A stretch of 49,460 nt of DNA from a virus (Duplodnaviria > Caudoviricetes): positions 1-49,460 of IMG/VR virus record IMGVR_UViG_3300028840_002749. One strand, 5' to 3'. Of the stretch, positions 17,499 through 27,690 are shown in pieces. Under the pieces are notes generated by a model. That model was not told the DNA's origin, ran no database searches, and saw nothing but the letters and a program-made list of their open reading frames with translations. Positions within the stretch are counted from its first letter, which is position 1. Each line of letters begins with the position of its first letter. Both the position numbers and the translations under genes were made by a program.

Positions 17499-17753
17499 AT
17501 GCCTGATGAAAAATCGAACGCCAATGAAACGGCAGGAATAAACATTGTTGTAGACGCCCAGAAACTCTCATGGAAAGAGTTTTTACAAGTATCAGGTGTT
17601 GAGGAGTCGGAGCCTGGCTTTGCCGGCTATGCCCTTAACAAGATGATCGTAAACAAAGAGGAAGTAGAAGATCTGCCTTTTCTGGAAGTTTACCAGGCGC
17701 TACAGAATGTTTTAGAACAGGAATTTAAAGCCCTAGCAAACCCAAAAAACTAG
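17499..17753 (+). CDS. Tail assembly chaperone (gpG-like)
   Basis: Between tube and TMP; ends at slippery CCCAAAAAAC. Confidence 0.75.
   Translation: MPDEKSNANETAGINIVVDAQKLSWKEFLQVSGVEESEPGFAGYALNKMIVNKEEVEDLPFLEVYQALQNVLEQEFKALANPKN
17741..17750 (+). other. Programmed -1 frameshift site (C CCA AAA / A AAA AAC)
   Basis: XXXYYYZ heptamer just before the stop; the -1 frame (CTA GAG TTA CGT CTA ATG) is open into ORF 17765..17968. Confidence 0.75.
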
Positions 17754-17764
17754 AGTTACGTCTA

Positions 17765-17968
17765 ATGGCTCATTTGCACACTGGAGGCAAGGCGCCTCCA
17801 GAGTACATAACTCTAGTCATGTGTAGAGACGTTTTCCACTGTACACCCTCACAGCTGAGACAAGAAAAAGCTAGCGATATTTTAGTAGCGCTAAAAATAC
17901 TCAGTATGGAGGAGAAACACAGGCAGAATCAGTCTAGCAGCAATAAACCACGAACTAGGAGCCGTTAG
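17765..17968 (+). CDS. Tail assembly chaperone frameshift extension (gpT-like)
   Basis: In the -1 frame of the upstream ORF; FHCTPSQL motif. Confidence 0.7.
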   Translation: MAHLHTGGKAPPEYITLVMCRDVFHCTPSQLRQEKASDILVALKILSMEEKHRQNQSSSNKPRTRSR

Positions 17969-20323
17969 ATGGATCATAAAATAACGATTACCGTAATAGG
18001 TAAAGATAGAGCCAGTGGCGCCTTTAGAAACGTTGGAGGCGCCCTGTCTAATATGGGGCAAATAGCCGGGGGGATCCTAGGCGCTAATCTCTTTATGAGA
18101 ATAGCCGGCAGCTTGCAGGGGATTGTAACTAAGTCTGTTATGGCTACTGGCGCTATGCAGCAAATGCAGGTAGGAATGGAGGGCTTAATAGCCAGAGAGA
18201 TTATGCAGGCAGACGCTGCTAGAGTGGCTGCAGATGAAACAGGGCTACTCAATAGGCAGTACGAAAACATAGGAGACGCTTTACCAGCTGCAGAAACGGC
18301 AGCAGCCGGCCTTATGGACGAGTTAGCCAGGATAGCTATTTTTAGCCCATACCAAGTAGAAACTATTCAAAACACGTTTAGAACGGCTATGGCTTTTGGC
18401 TACTCTACGGATCAGGCCAAAGACTACACTACCGCCCTACTTAATGTAGCAGCCGGTACCGGTGCCAATAATGAAATGATGGGCCGAATGGCTTATAACC
18501 TTGCTCAGGTAAGAATGCAGGGACGGGTAACGGCGGTAGATATACGGCAGCTAAGCATGGCAGGCTTTGACCTGGTAGGCGTTTTACGCTACATGGGAGA
18601 CGAGCTAGGGGTACAAATAGATAACCATGAGGACTTTAACAAGGCCATAGACAAGGGCCTTATAAACTGGGATCAGTTTACAGAGCTATTTGCAAAGTAC
18701 GCTGATGATAACTTTGGCGGGGCGTCCGAGAGGATGAGCCGTACACTGACCGGCCTTTCGTCTACGTTTGCAGACGTCTTTACTCTCACTATGCCACAGA
18801 TTTTAGGTGATAGCGTAGAGATGTTTACTGAGTTTGCCAATGGGATCCTTGACGCCTTCTTAGACGTGCGAGAATCCCCCCTAATGGACGTAGTAGCGCA
18901 GCGTGTAACTGATGCTACAAGCGCAATAATAGACGGGCTGCAGCCGTTTGCAGACGCTATAGGGCGCTTTTTTCAGGCTTTGGGGGCCGGCTATAGCCCA
19001 GCACAAGCTTTTGAAAAGGCAATACTTGTAGCTTTTTCTGGTAATGCCAGAAAAAACGTTTTCGATCTGATAGACGGCATAAGGGGCCTGGTCGACAGCT
19101 TCTTTAGACTTAGGGACGCTGCAGCGCCGTTTGTAACTAAAATAGCAGACTTTATATCTGAGTTTGTGTCATTCAAGGATGTTTTAATTGCGCTAGGCGT
19201 CATAGTTGGCGTGTTTTTGGTAAACGCTTTTCTAGGCCTTGTAGCTAGTATGGCTCCCCTGTTTGTACTAATTGGCGTTATCGCCCTACTGCGTAACGCT
19301 TGGGAGAATAATTGGTTTGGTATCAGGGATACGCTTACCCAGGTATGGTATGAGACGATCCTACCGGCCATAGAGCAGCTAAAGGCCTGGCTGCAGGTGA
19401 ATTTACCCATAGCCATACAGGCTCTAAGCGATTACTGGAATAATGTTTTATACCCGGCTATGCTGGCCTTTTGGGAGTGGGTACAAACCTACGTTTTCCC
19501 TGTTATAGGCCTGCTAATTGATTGGTTTAGCGTGGTCATTCCAGACGCTATAGCCGTTTTGTCTGATATATGGACAAATATACTTTTGCCGGCAATTCAA
19601 ACGGTTTGGGAGTGGATAAGTACCGTACTATTCCCACTGTTTGTAACTTTGCTTGAGTGGCTATCCGTAAACCTTCCAGAAGCCGTAGCCTGGCTACAGG
19701 AAGTCTGGGCAATGTTGGTAGACTTCTATAACGAGAGCTTAGGGCCTTTGTTAGAAGCCCTTGCAGAGCTGCTAAGCGTAACTCTGGCTCTGGCCTTAGA
19801 GATCCTGGCCGGATTATGGCAAAATGTACTACTACCGGCGCTTACGGAGGTATGGGCCTATCTTTCAGAGAATCTAATACCCATATTTGAAAATATAGCG
19901 GAATGGTTAGGCGAAAAGCTAGGTATTGAGATAGGCAAGGGCGTTAGTTTTCTTGAGACGCTACAAAGTACCTTTGACAAGGTAGGCCAGGCTATTTCTA
20001 CCGTTATCGGATATATAAAAGATATGGTAGAGCGCCTACAAAATGCCACTCTACCAGACTGGCTAGTAGGCCACAGCCCTAGCCCGTTTGAGAATACCCT
20101 AGCCGGTATAGCTGAGGGCTTAGACCTGATAGCTAAAAAATCTCTGCCGGCTTTTGATGCTAACGTATCGGGGGGCTTTGGAGCCGGCGCAAACATGCCA
20201 AGGCTAGGAGCTGCAGCGCCTATTACTGTAAACGTGAATGTAGATAGCATGAGTACAGATGTAGACATAAGCAACGTAGCCTATAGAGTAGCTGAGGAGA
20301 TCAGCAGGAGGCAGCGTACATGA
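17969..20323 (+). CDS. Tape measure protein
   Basis: ITITVIGKDRAS start, tape-measure domain, W-rich amphipathic repeats, LVGHSPSP motif. Confidence 0.92.
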   Translation: MDHKITITVIGKDRASGAFRNVGGALSNMGQIAGGILGANLFMRIAGSLQGIVTKSVMATGAMQQMQVGMEGLIAREIMQADAARVAADETGLLNRQYENIGDALPAAETAAAGLMDELARIAIFSPYQVETIQNTFRTAMAFGYSTDQAKDYTTALLNVAAGTGANNEMMGRMAYNLAQVRMQGRVTAVDIRQLSMAGFDLVGVLRYMGDELGVQIDNHEDFNKAIDKGLINWDQFTELFAKYADDNFGGASERMSRTLTGLSSTFADVFTLTMPQILGDSVEMFTEFANGILDAFLDVRESPLMDVVAQRVTDATSAIIDGLQPFADAIGRFFQALGAGYSPAQAFEKAILVAFSGNARKNVFDLIDGIRGLVDSFFRLRDAAAPFVTKIADFISEFVSFKDVLIALGVIVGVFLVNAFLGLVASMAPLFVLIGVIALLRNAWENNWFGIRDTLTQVWYETILPAIEQLKAWLQVNLPIAIQALSDYWNNVLYPAMLAFWEWVQTYVFPVIGLLIDWFSVVIPDAIAVLSDIWTNILLPAIQTVWEWISTVLFPLFVTLLEWLSVNLPEAVAWLQEVWAMLVDFYNESLGPLLEALAELLSVTLALALEILAGLWQNVLLPALTEVWAYLSENLIPIFENIAEWLGEKLGIEIGKGVSFLETLQSTFDKVGQAISTVIGYIKDMVERLQNATLPDWLVGHSPSPFENTLAGIAEGLDLIAKKSLPAFDANVSGGFGAGANMPRLGAAAPITVNVNVDSMSTDVDISNVAYRVAEEISRRQRT

Positions 20324-21750
20324 GTCATACTATGACTTTTACAAAAACCGGCAAAACGATAACGCCTACCAGTGGGGTTAGCCGTGTGCTGAATTACAAC
20401 ATAGGTACCCCGCAGCTATCGGCTACAGAGGTACTAGACGCCTACCAAGACGGGGGAGACGTAACAAACGTAACCAGGCGCAACGTATCGGAATCGGTAG
20501 AGCTTATACTGAGACCTACCGGCAGTAACGATATGAGCGAGGTAGAAACCTTTATACAAGATCTTGAGGTTATGTTTCTTGAGGCCGAAAGATACCAAAA
20601 AGACAACGGGGGCGCTCAGTGGTTTGTCAACTTTACCCCCCAGGATACTACTGGTACCTGGAGGTCAGAGATCCTGGCCGGCAGCGTACACGTACCCCAG
20701 GAGTCAGTAAGGGACTGGGCGATAGGGGATAACGCTATAATTTACGTTAGTTTGGTTAGGCGCTTTTACTGGGAAGGGGCATTAACAGAGTTGGAAATAT
20801 ACAACCCGGCCAGCTCTACCCCGGCCACAGGCGGTAAAGGGATCACGAATCAGCTAGACTCAGGTAACAGCTACTACCACTATGTAGACTGTGATAGTGA
20901 GGACATAGATACGATTATACCTACTCCAATTAGGCTAGAGCTTACCTCGTCTTATTCTGGAGGGCGTATATACGACATACACGTAGGGCAGCTAATATTT
21001 AGCCCTAACAGAGACAACCTTACCTATGTCTACGAGGCAGAGGACGCTAGCGCTAACGGATCCCCAGGCACCCTAAATAATACGGAATGGAGCGGAGGTA
21101 CAGCAGAGCAATACCTAAACGTCACTCAATATACCTATGCCTCTTTTATGTGGAAATGGGAGCTAACCAGCACACCACTTATAGCAGCTGCAGGCCGGCG
21201 CTACAAGATTTTGGCGAAGGTAGAAACGGCCACATCCCCTAACACTGGATTCCATGCCAAGGTAGAGATCTGGCTACCCTACAGCGCTTTTCTAAACAAG
21301 ATAGCTGAGACAGGGGAGGTATATTTAGCGGATTCTGATGGCTTTGTAGATATGGGTACACTTGTACTACCTCCCTGGTTGCCTAACGAGGCCGACTACT
21401 ACCCGCTAGGCCTTGGCTTTACGTTTGCAGACTTTGAAGAAATCGGGACTAAAGACTTTACGCTAGATGCTTTGTACGTGATGCCAGCAGATCATTACCG
21501 CTTTTTGGATTGTTATAGCTATGGTATCGAGAATGGGGAGCGAATAGTAGATGATGGGATTACGGGGCGTACATTTGTTGACGGGTGGACGGCTAATACA
21601 GATGGCGTACTTGGTTACTACACAGGAATAGGAGAGCCTTTGATGCTCTGGCCTGGCAAGGATCAGCGCTTTGTAATAATTTCAGACTCTCACGTACTGG
21701 CTACATCTACAGTTAGAATTTACTACAGGCCTAGGAGGCTTACCGTATGA
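20320..21750 (+). CDS. Distal tail / tail tip protein
   Basis: Follows TMP; ends YYRPRRLTV. Confidence 0.65.
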   Translation: MSHTMTFTKTGKTITPTSGVSRVLNYNIGTPQLSATEVLDAYQDGGDVTNVTRRNVSESVELILRPTGSNDMSEVETFIQDLEVMFLEAERYQKDNGGAQWFVNFTPQDTTGTWRSEILAGSVHVPQESVRDWAIGDNAIIYVSLVRRFYWEGALTELEIYNPASSTPATGGKGITNQLDSGNSYYHYVDCDSEDIDTIIPTPIRLELTSSYSGGRIYDIHVGQLIFSPNRDNLTYVYEAEDASANGSPGTLNNTEWSGGTAEQYLNVTQYTYASFMWKWELTSTPLIAAAGRRYKILAKVETATSPNTGFHAKVEIWLPYSAFLNKIAETGEVYLADSDGFVDMGTLVLPPWLPNEADYYPLGLGFTFADFEEIGTKDFTLDALYVMPADHYRFLDCYSYGIENGERIVDDGITGRTFVDGWTANTDGVLGYYTGIGEPLMLWPGKDQRFVIISDSHVLATSTVRIYYRPRRLTV

Positions 21751-23273
21751 CACAGGCAATCATTAGGGCTAAGGATCTTGGTAACAGCGTAACTATAGTA
21801 CCAATGACTCTGAGGCCTAAATGGTACTCGTTTTCTGCTATGGGCGGGCCTAAACTTGCTAAAATTGACATATCGGGCAGTAGAGACGCCGTATTTAACG
21901 TATTGAATTACCTAAGAAACCCTATAGCGCTTTACAGCAATATAGCTAACCCGGTTTGGTGGGGTTATATTGAGTCTATCAGCTTGGCCGTAGGAGCCGT
22001 AGAGTTTGAAGTAAGTATGAGATCTATGTATAACGAGATACAAATAGTGTACACAACTTCAAATAATTTACGCAATACTACAGATGCTATAGAGAATAGC
22101 CACAGCATAGGCCTGTATGGTCGAAAAAAACTGCTAGGTACCCTAAACTCTGTAGGCCTTGACGCTGCCACGAATCAGGCTGAGGAGCTGCTAGAGCTAT
22201 TGGCTTATCCAATAGCTCAAACACGCACCACAAACGACAATAGAATAGGCGCCTCTATAACGGCCTCTGGTTGGTGGGAGACTCTATCTTGGCTGTATTA
22301 TTCAAGGGGCGAGGGCGTGGCCGGCTGCTATGAAGGCGTAGCAGATAGCGCAGCGAATCTAGGAGATACCAGCTCAAACGAAAAACTAGCTCATTATTTT
22401 AGCGCTACTGGGTGGGGTGCCTTGATAGCTACTATACAGATAGCAGTAGAAGGCTCCCCCTCAGACTCTGTACGTGTTTCTATTTATGACGACAACGGCA
22501 GCCAGACGGCGCCAGGCTCTACACAGATCGGGTACGCAGACGTAACAGCAGCAAATATAGGCAACGGAGGCGCTATAACGTTTGAGTTTTCTAGCTTGCT
22601 AACCCTAAGCGGGGATCATTGGATAGTGATAGAACGTACAGGAGCTGCAGACGCCAGTAACTATTACGGGATCTATGTAGCTACTGAGGAGCTGCTTTGT
22701 ACAGGCCGTACACAAGTATACAACGGGTCTACCTGGAGCCAGGCCAGCCCTGATAGCAACATAATTTTTAGCGTGGCAGGTGGGGAAAACTCTAACTTAA
22801 CGATAGAGGACATACTAGAGGACGCCGGGCAGTTTTTTAACGGTTACCAGGTAGAGGAGACAAGCTTACCCGTCTTTATCTATCGTGACGGTGATACTAC
22901 CGCCCTCAAAGAGGTACTAAAGCTAATGGGGGCCGGCGTAGATGGTGGCCGGCGCCTGGTATCTTATGTAGACAAGGATCGTAACGTAAGGATCAGGGAG
23001 GACGAGACCTTAACACGGAATCAGGTAAAAGTATTTCTACACGGAGACGGTACCTACCGGGACAGGGCAGGTAACAGAGTAGAGCATACATGCCCTATAG
23101 GCTGGGTGCAATTTAAAGACGTATTCCCTACAAGCCTAGACACAAGCGGAGTAACCGTAGCAGACGCTTTTTACATAGAGGAATCAGAGTACAACGTAGA
23201 GACAGGCCGGCTAACTATAGTACCCAGAATGGGTAAAGAAGTCTGGGACATTGGAGGCTTTAGCATAGGATGA
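21747..23273 (+). CDS. Tail tip hub / Tal-like protein
   Basis: VWWGYIESI and SIGLYGRK motifs, with an internal beta-rich domain. Confidence 0.6.
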   Translation: MTQAIIRAKDLGNSVTIVPMTLRPKWYSFSAMGGPKLAKIDISGSRDAVFNVLNYLRNPIALYSNIANPVWWGYIESISLAVGAVEFEVSMRSMYNEIQIVYTTSNNLRNTTDAIENSHSIGLYGRKKLLGTLNSVGLDAATNQAEELLELLAYPIAQTRTTNDNRIGASITASGWWETLSWLYYSRGEGVAGCYEGVADSAANLGDTSSNEKLAHYFSATGWGALIATIQIAVEGSPSDSVRVSIYDDNGSQTAPGSTQIGYADVTAANIGNGGAITFEFSSLLTLSGDHWIVIERTGAADASNYYGIYVATEELLCTGRTQVYNGSTWSQASPDSNIIFSVAGGENSNLTIEDILEDAGQFFNGYQVEETSLPVFIYRDGDTTALKEVLKLMGAGVDGGRRLVSYVDKDRNVRIREDETLTRNQVKVFLHGDGTYRDRAGNRVEHTCPIGWVQFKDVFPTSLDTSGVTVADAFYIEESEYNVETGRLTIVPRMGKEVWDIGGFSIG

Positions 23274-26200
23274 GCAAAACAAGTTTGACAGATTTTTTAG
23301 ATCAGGCTAGGCCTATCATTGTGGGATGGATAGAGGACGCCACCCAGTTTAGCCCAACTAGCGGAGGGGGCGGGGCGCCTTCTCCACACGGCTTAGACTC
23401 ATCCCACCATACAGGCACCCTCGTAGACAGTCAGGCTCCCCAGTTTTTGAAAACGGACGGCACAAGGGCGCTTACAGGTAATCTGGGCGTATCAGTTGGC
23501 GTAACGATAGACGGCGTAGACATATCAGAGCTAAGCTCAGATTACCAGGGCCACATAGTAGACTACACAAACCCACACCAAGTAACCCTAGAGCAGGCCA
23601 GGACACAAGATAATGAGCTGCAGGGAGACGTATACTTTAGCTCTGGCAGCTTGGGCATAGGCGTATCGCCGTCTTATGCGCTGCAGGTTAGGGATACCTC
23701 AGTACCCCAGGTGCAATTTGAGTACGATGCTAGCAATTATGGGCGTCTATTCGCCGCGTCTGACGGGGATATTGTCTTATCTAGTACAGGATCTAACATA
23801 TACCTACGCCCTATAACAGATACGGTAAGCTCTGACATTATTCTTGGCGGTGCAAATGCCACAAATACAACGATAAGGTTATACACTTCCAGCGGTAACC
23901 CTGCTATTTATGCTGATAGTGGTAATTTATACTTTAACCCGCCCACAGATAAACATACATACTTTGTGATGGGCAATACAAGTACCTCCCAAATTTTGGT
24001 ATATCCTTCTGATTGGTCGAGCGCTGTATTTAGACTGTATGCAGACGGGGATATACAGGCTACCAGGATAGGAGTCGGCGTACATCCTACTTATCCATTT
24101 ATGATTAGGGACGCTACCACATCTCAGCTAAGGCTAGAGTATGATGCCACAACTTATACCAGTTTCACGGTCAATTCATCTAATCGGTTATTGATTGCCA
24201 ACTACGGACAAACCGTGTTATACAACAATTCTGGTAATAATGATTTTTATATTCGTGGTGTTACGGATAATGCTGCTCTTTATCTTCAATCGAATTATGA
24301 CAATCTTGGAACTGAGGAAAGTTGCATATATTTTTATGATTACAATTTACAAAAGTACATTTTTTATAAAGACGGAAACAACGATTTGCGCCTTTATGAT
24401 ACTGCCAATACTCAGCACATTCTACACTACGATGTTTCAGAATCTTCATTATCATTAGAACCAGCAAACTATATCTCTCAGACTGCTGGTTGGGCGATTA
24501 CGGGAGAAGGCAACGCAGATTTTAGGTATATCTTTGCAGACGAGTTACACGTAAGGGCTTTTATAGCCGACATTTACCAGGCCGTAGTAGGTGGGCTTAT
24601 CATTACGGAGGGCAGGGGCCGGCTGAGTCGTGATTTTACAATACCTAATACAGGTGTAGGCGCTACTATTTATTTTGAGGATCTGGAGGGCTTTGAGGGC
24701 TACGCCCTATTTACGGCCAGTGATTACGTTTTGCTAAGAGTTATAGATACAAGCGGTGGGGGCCTGATTGTGGCCGATGTTTGGGGCCAGGTAACCAGCT
24801 ATACGGATCTTACCGGCGGTGAGCAGAGTTGGACATTTACAACTACTACACCCTCTTATACATCTGCAGACACAATATATACCGGGGCGATAGCGCTAGG
24901 TTATGGATCTACGGGATCTGGCGTATGGATGGCTACGGTAATGGATGCTGGCAACTCTCCCTACAGCCAGGTAGAAACCTGGAGTACCGTAACAAGTGGA
25001 GAGCCTAGCGGTTTTGTCGCACATACCAGAGTAGGAAATTTAGACGGTATAAGCGGAATCGGTAACGAGTACGGACTATGGGCCGGCGAGGGTACCACAA
25101 ACACAGACGGCCAGATCATAGCCAGCGATAGCCAGCTAACCATTAGAAACTCTAACTTGTCTATACATGATGGTACCAACTTTGTTTTTGAGGTAGACAG
25201 GGATACCCCTAGCCTGGCTATGGGATCCAATATTAGTACCATGAGCTTTACGGCAGGCGCCGGCCTATGGGTTGGCTACGATAGCCCTTATTACAAGTTT
25301 AGGGTAGGAGACCCAGACGCCCAGGGTATTACTTGGGACGGTGTAAACATGGATATTACCGGATCCTTGACGGTAGCAGAGGAGACGGTAACGATCAATA
25401 ACGAGGCTATGACGCTTGATCGGTTGGGGTATTCTATAAAATATTTAGATAATGGTACAGAGTTTGGCTCTCTATTTGCGGGTCATTACTCAGACGGCGT
25501 AGACGACTATTATTACACTACGCTGCTAAGCGGTAATCTAGACTCTGTTACTATGACTAACCCAGGCTTTGAGAGCGTGCTTACGTCTGGCTGGACTACT
25601 TCCGTTAGCGGTGATGGATCTATAACAAGAAATAGCAGCGCAGCCCGCAGCGGTAGCTATGGCTGCTATATGTGGGTCTACGGCAACGTGGGAGGGGCGC
25701 AAAACACGCTAACAAGCTCTACCTATTCTGCCTCCCCTAACGATATCGCTACCCTGGTTTTCTACTACAAGATATCGCTACGGGATCCTACTTATGGGAT
25801 TACGCTAACAATTCAGCTAGATTGGATAGGCGCCGGCGTAGGGTCTGAGTTTTGGATATATAACGCAGAAAACCCGGCCTTAAATGATTGGACAAGAATA
25901 GAAATGCAAACAGACCCGGCGCCAACCGGTACCACAGGCGTTAGGGTTATCGTAGATGCGTCTTTACTAAACTTGGGCCAATGGGGTCTATACTTTGACG
26001 ACTTTGAGCTAAACGTAGGCGCTATAGACGGCATGATGAGGCTGGGCAATGAAGAAGTAAACTTTTATGCTACTACTGTAATTGCGGATAACGATTTTAC
26101 CGTAGGCGATACTATAAATATGGGATCTACTACCGGTTACATAGCACAGGGAGGCGATAACAGGGTAAGAATCGGTACAGATCATGGATATGTAGACATA

Positions 26201-26776
26201 GGGCCGTTAAATACGTCATGGACTCATTATACGTCTAGCTTGGGCGCTCATTATTTTTATGGAGATGTAGCTGCAGCTGGAGACTTTAGGGCCGGCAGCG
26301 GTATAGCTTCTGGAGATACAAGCCTAAACCCATCTAATGGGGATATCATGTATACAGATACCCTTGTGTCCTACAAAGGATCGGCTAGCTACGAGGTTTG
26401 GGGTTATAGAGCGCAAGTTACGCCTTACCAGTTGTCAGGATGGGCGGGTAGTCCTAGATCTACAATGTCTAAAACTCAATTAGATATGTCCTCACTAACG
26501 CCGGCTTTGCCTACCGACTACATTTATGCTTATAGGCTAAAGGTTGCTACCAGAGACTCGGCCAGCTCTACTAACAATGTTTGGGGTACGATTGGAGCTA
26601 ATAACACAGCTTCTAACGGGGCTTGGTTTGGTTGCGCCGGCAACGCCGATGATGAGTGGGTAAGGCAAGAAATAACCGCCAAGGCAGATAGTAACGGGGA
26701 TATCTGGATAGATCTTAATACAAGCGGATCAGGTACCTGTGATGTTGTTTTGCAGGTTTTAGGATATTACATATAG
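23270..26776 (+). CDS. Tail fibre / receptor-binding protein
   Basis: 1168 aa, G/S/T-rich; NPHQVT motif, two G(I/V)GV-x-P repeats, CBM-like NPGFE...YFDDFEL domain. Confidence 0.8.
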   Translation: MSKTSLTDFLDQARPIIVGWIEDATQFSPTSGGGGAPSPHGLDSSHHTGTLVDSQAPQFLKTDGTRALTGNLGVSVGVTIDGVDISELSSDYQGHIVDYTNPHQVTLEQARTQDNELQGDVYFSSGSLGIGVSPSYALQVRDTSVPQVQFEYDASNYGRLFAASDGDIVLSSTGSNIYLRPITDTVSSDIILGGANATNTTIRLYTSSGNPAIYADSGNLYFNPPTDKHTYFVMGNTSTSQILVYPSDWSSAVFRLYADGDIQATRIGVGVHPTYPFMIRDATTSQLRLEYDATTYTSFTVNSSNRLLIANYGQTVLYNNSGNNDFYIRGVTDNAALYLQSNYDNLGTEESCIYFYDYNLQKYIFYKDGNNDLRLYDTANTQHILHYDVSESSLSLEPANYISQTAGWAITGEGNADFRYIFADELHVRAFIADIYQAVVGGLIITEGRGRLSRDFTIPNTGVGATIYFEDLEGFEGYALFTASDYVLLRVIDTSGGGLIVADVWGQVTSYTDLTGGEQSWTFTTTTPSYTSADTIYTGAIALGYGSTGSGVWMATVMDAGNSPYSQVETWSTVTSGEPSGFVAHTRVGNLDGISGIGNEYGLWAGEGTTNTDGQIIASDSQLTIRNSNLSIHDGTNFVFEVDRDTPSLAMGSNISTMSFTAGAGLWVGYDSPYYKFRVGDPDAQGITWDGVNMDITGSLTVAEETVTINNEAMTLDRLGYSIKYLDNGTEFGSLFAGHYSDGVDDYYYTTLLSGNLDSVTMTNPGFESVLTSGWTTSVSGDGSITRNSSAARSGSYGCYMWVYGNVGGAQNTLTSSTYSASPNDIATLVFYYKISLRDPTYGITLTIQLDWIGAGVGSEFWIYNAENPALNDWTRIEMQTDPAPTGTTGVRVIVDASLLNLGQWGLYFDDFELNVGAIDGMMRLGNEEVNFYATTVIADNDFTVGDTINMGSTTGYIAQGGDNRVRIGTDHGYVDIGPLNTSWTHYTSSLGAHYFYGDVAAAGDFRAGSGIASGDTSLNPSNGDIMYTDTLVSYKGSASYEVWGYRAQVTPYQLSGWAGSPRSTMSKTQLDMSSLTPALPTDYIYAYRLKVATRDSASSTNNVWGTIGANNTASNGAWFGCAGNADDEWVRQEITAKADSNGDIWIDLNTSGSGTCDVVLQVLGYYI

Positions 26777-26786
26777 GAGCTGGATT

Positions 26787-27095
26787 ATGTCTAACTTTGA
26801 AGATTACGCAGAGCAGGTGCCGGTACAAGTAAAGAAAATACGGCTAGAGATCGTATCAGAAATGGTAGAGGACTTTGACGGTAACGGGGATCCTTTAGGT
26901 ACATTTACGGAAATAGAATACCTGGAAGCCAGGGCCGTAACGGTTGACGCTAACGGTAAATTTGTAGATGAACACATAGCAGACGCTGACAGGCTTATGA
27001 GTGTTGGGGTTATGAGCGCTCAGGAGCTGCTAACTGTAAGGGATTGGATAATCGCATTCAGGGACAGCGTAGAGGCTAAGGTACTGCCTGGCTAA
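26787..27095 (+). CDS. Hypothetical protein (possible fibre chaperone)
   Basis: AGGAG RBS; follows the fibre gene. Confidence 0.55.
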   Translation: MSNFEDYAEQVPVQVKKIRLEIVSEMVEDFDGNGDPLGTFTEIEYLEARAVTVDANGKFVDEHIADADRLMSVGVMSAQELLTVRDWIIAFRDSVEAKVLPG

Positions 27096-27174
27096 CCTTT
27101 CAAATTTGTAAGGTCTACTATGATATACTGAAATAAGGCTAAAGATTAGAATATTCATAAGGAGACCTAACCAA

Positions 27175-27690
27175 ATGACGCTAAAACTTTACAGATTGAC
27201 GCTTGCAAGCCGGCAGCTCATTATAAACGTCTTAGGATCCCTAGAGGATCTATCGGGAGACGTACCTCACAAGGTACGCACTATTCGTAAAACGTTTGAG
27301 CTAAAAGATGTTGAGAAATATGTAGACAAGCTGCAGCAAGAAATAGACGAGCCTTATCAGGTAGAGCTAATAGCCTGGAATAACGCAAAAAAGGCAGCTG
27401 AGGAAAAGGGCCAGTCGTTTAGTGAGAAAATGCCAGTACAGCGCCCTCTTAATTGGGATGATCTAGCAGGTACAGAGGAAAAGAAATTTACAATAGATAA
27501 CCTGTACGCAGACTGGCTAAAAGAAGTTGTCAAAAGTCATAACTGGCGAATCATCAAAAACCGACAAACCGGCCAAGATCAAGAAATCAATATATCGGTA
27601 GATCATATTTGTGCTATCGCAGATCTTGAGGACGCTTTAGCCGGGGAAGGGATACCCAGAAAACCAGAAAAAAAAGAGAGTAAGGAATAA
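27175..27690 (+). CDS. Hypothetical protein
   Basis: AAGGAG RBS; upstream TGATATACT extended -10. Confidence 0.65.
   Translation: MTLKLYRLTLASRQLIINVLGSLEDLSGDVPHKVRTIRKTFELKDVEKYVDKLQQEIDEPYQVELIAWNNAKKAAEEKGQSFSEKMPVQRPLNWDDLAGTEEKKFTIDNLYADWLKEVVKSHNWRIIKNRQTGQDQEINISVDHICAIADLEDALAGEGIPRKPEKKESKE

Noticed and set aside
23270-26776. Diversity-generating retroelement targeting the fibre gene
   Set aside because: No reverse transcriptase and no TR/VR repeat pair seen.
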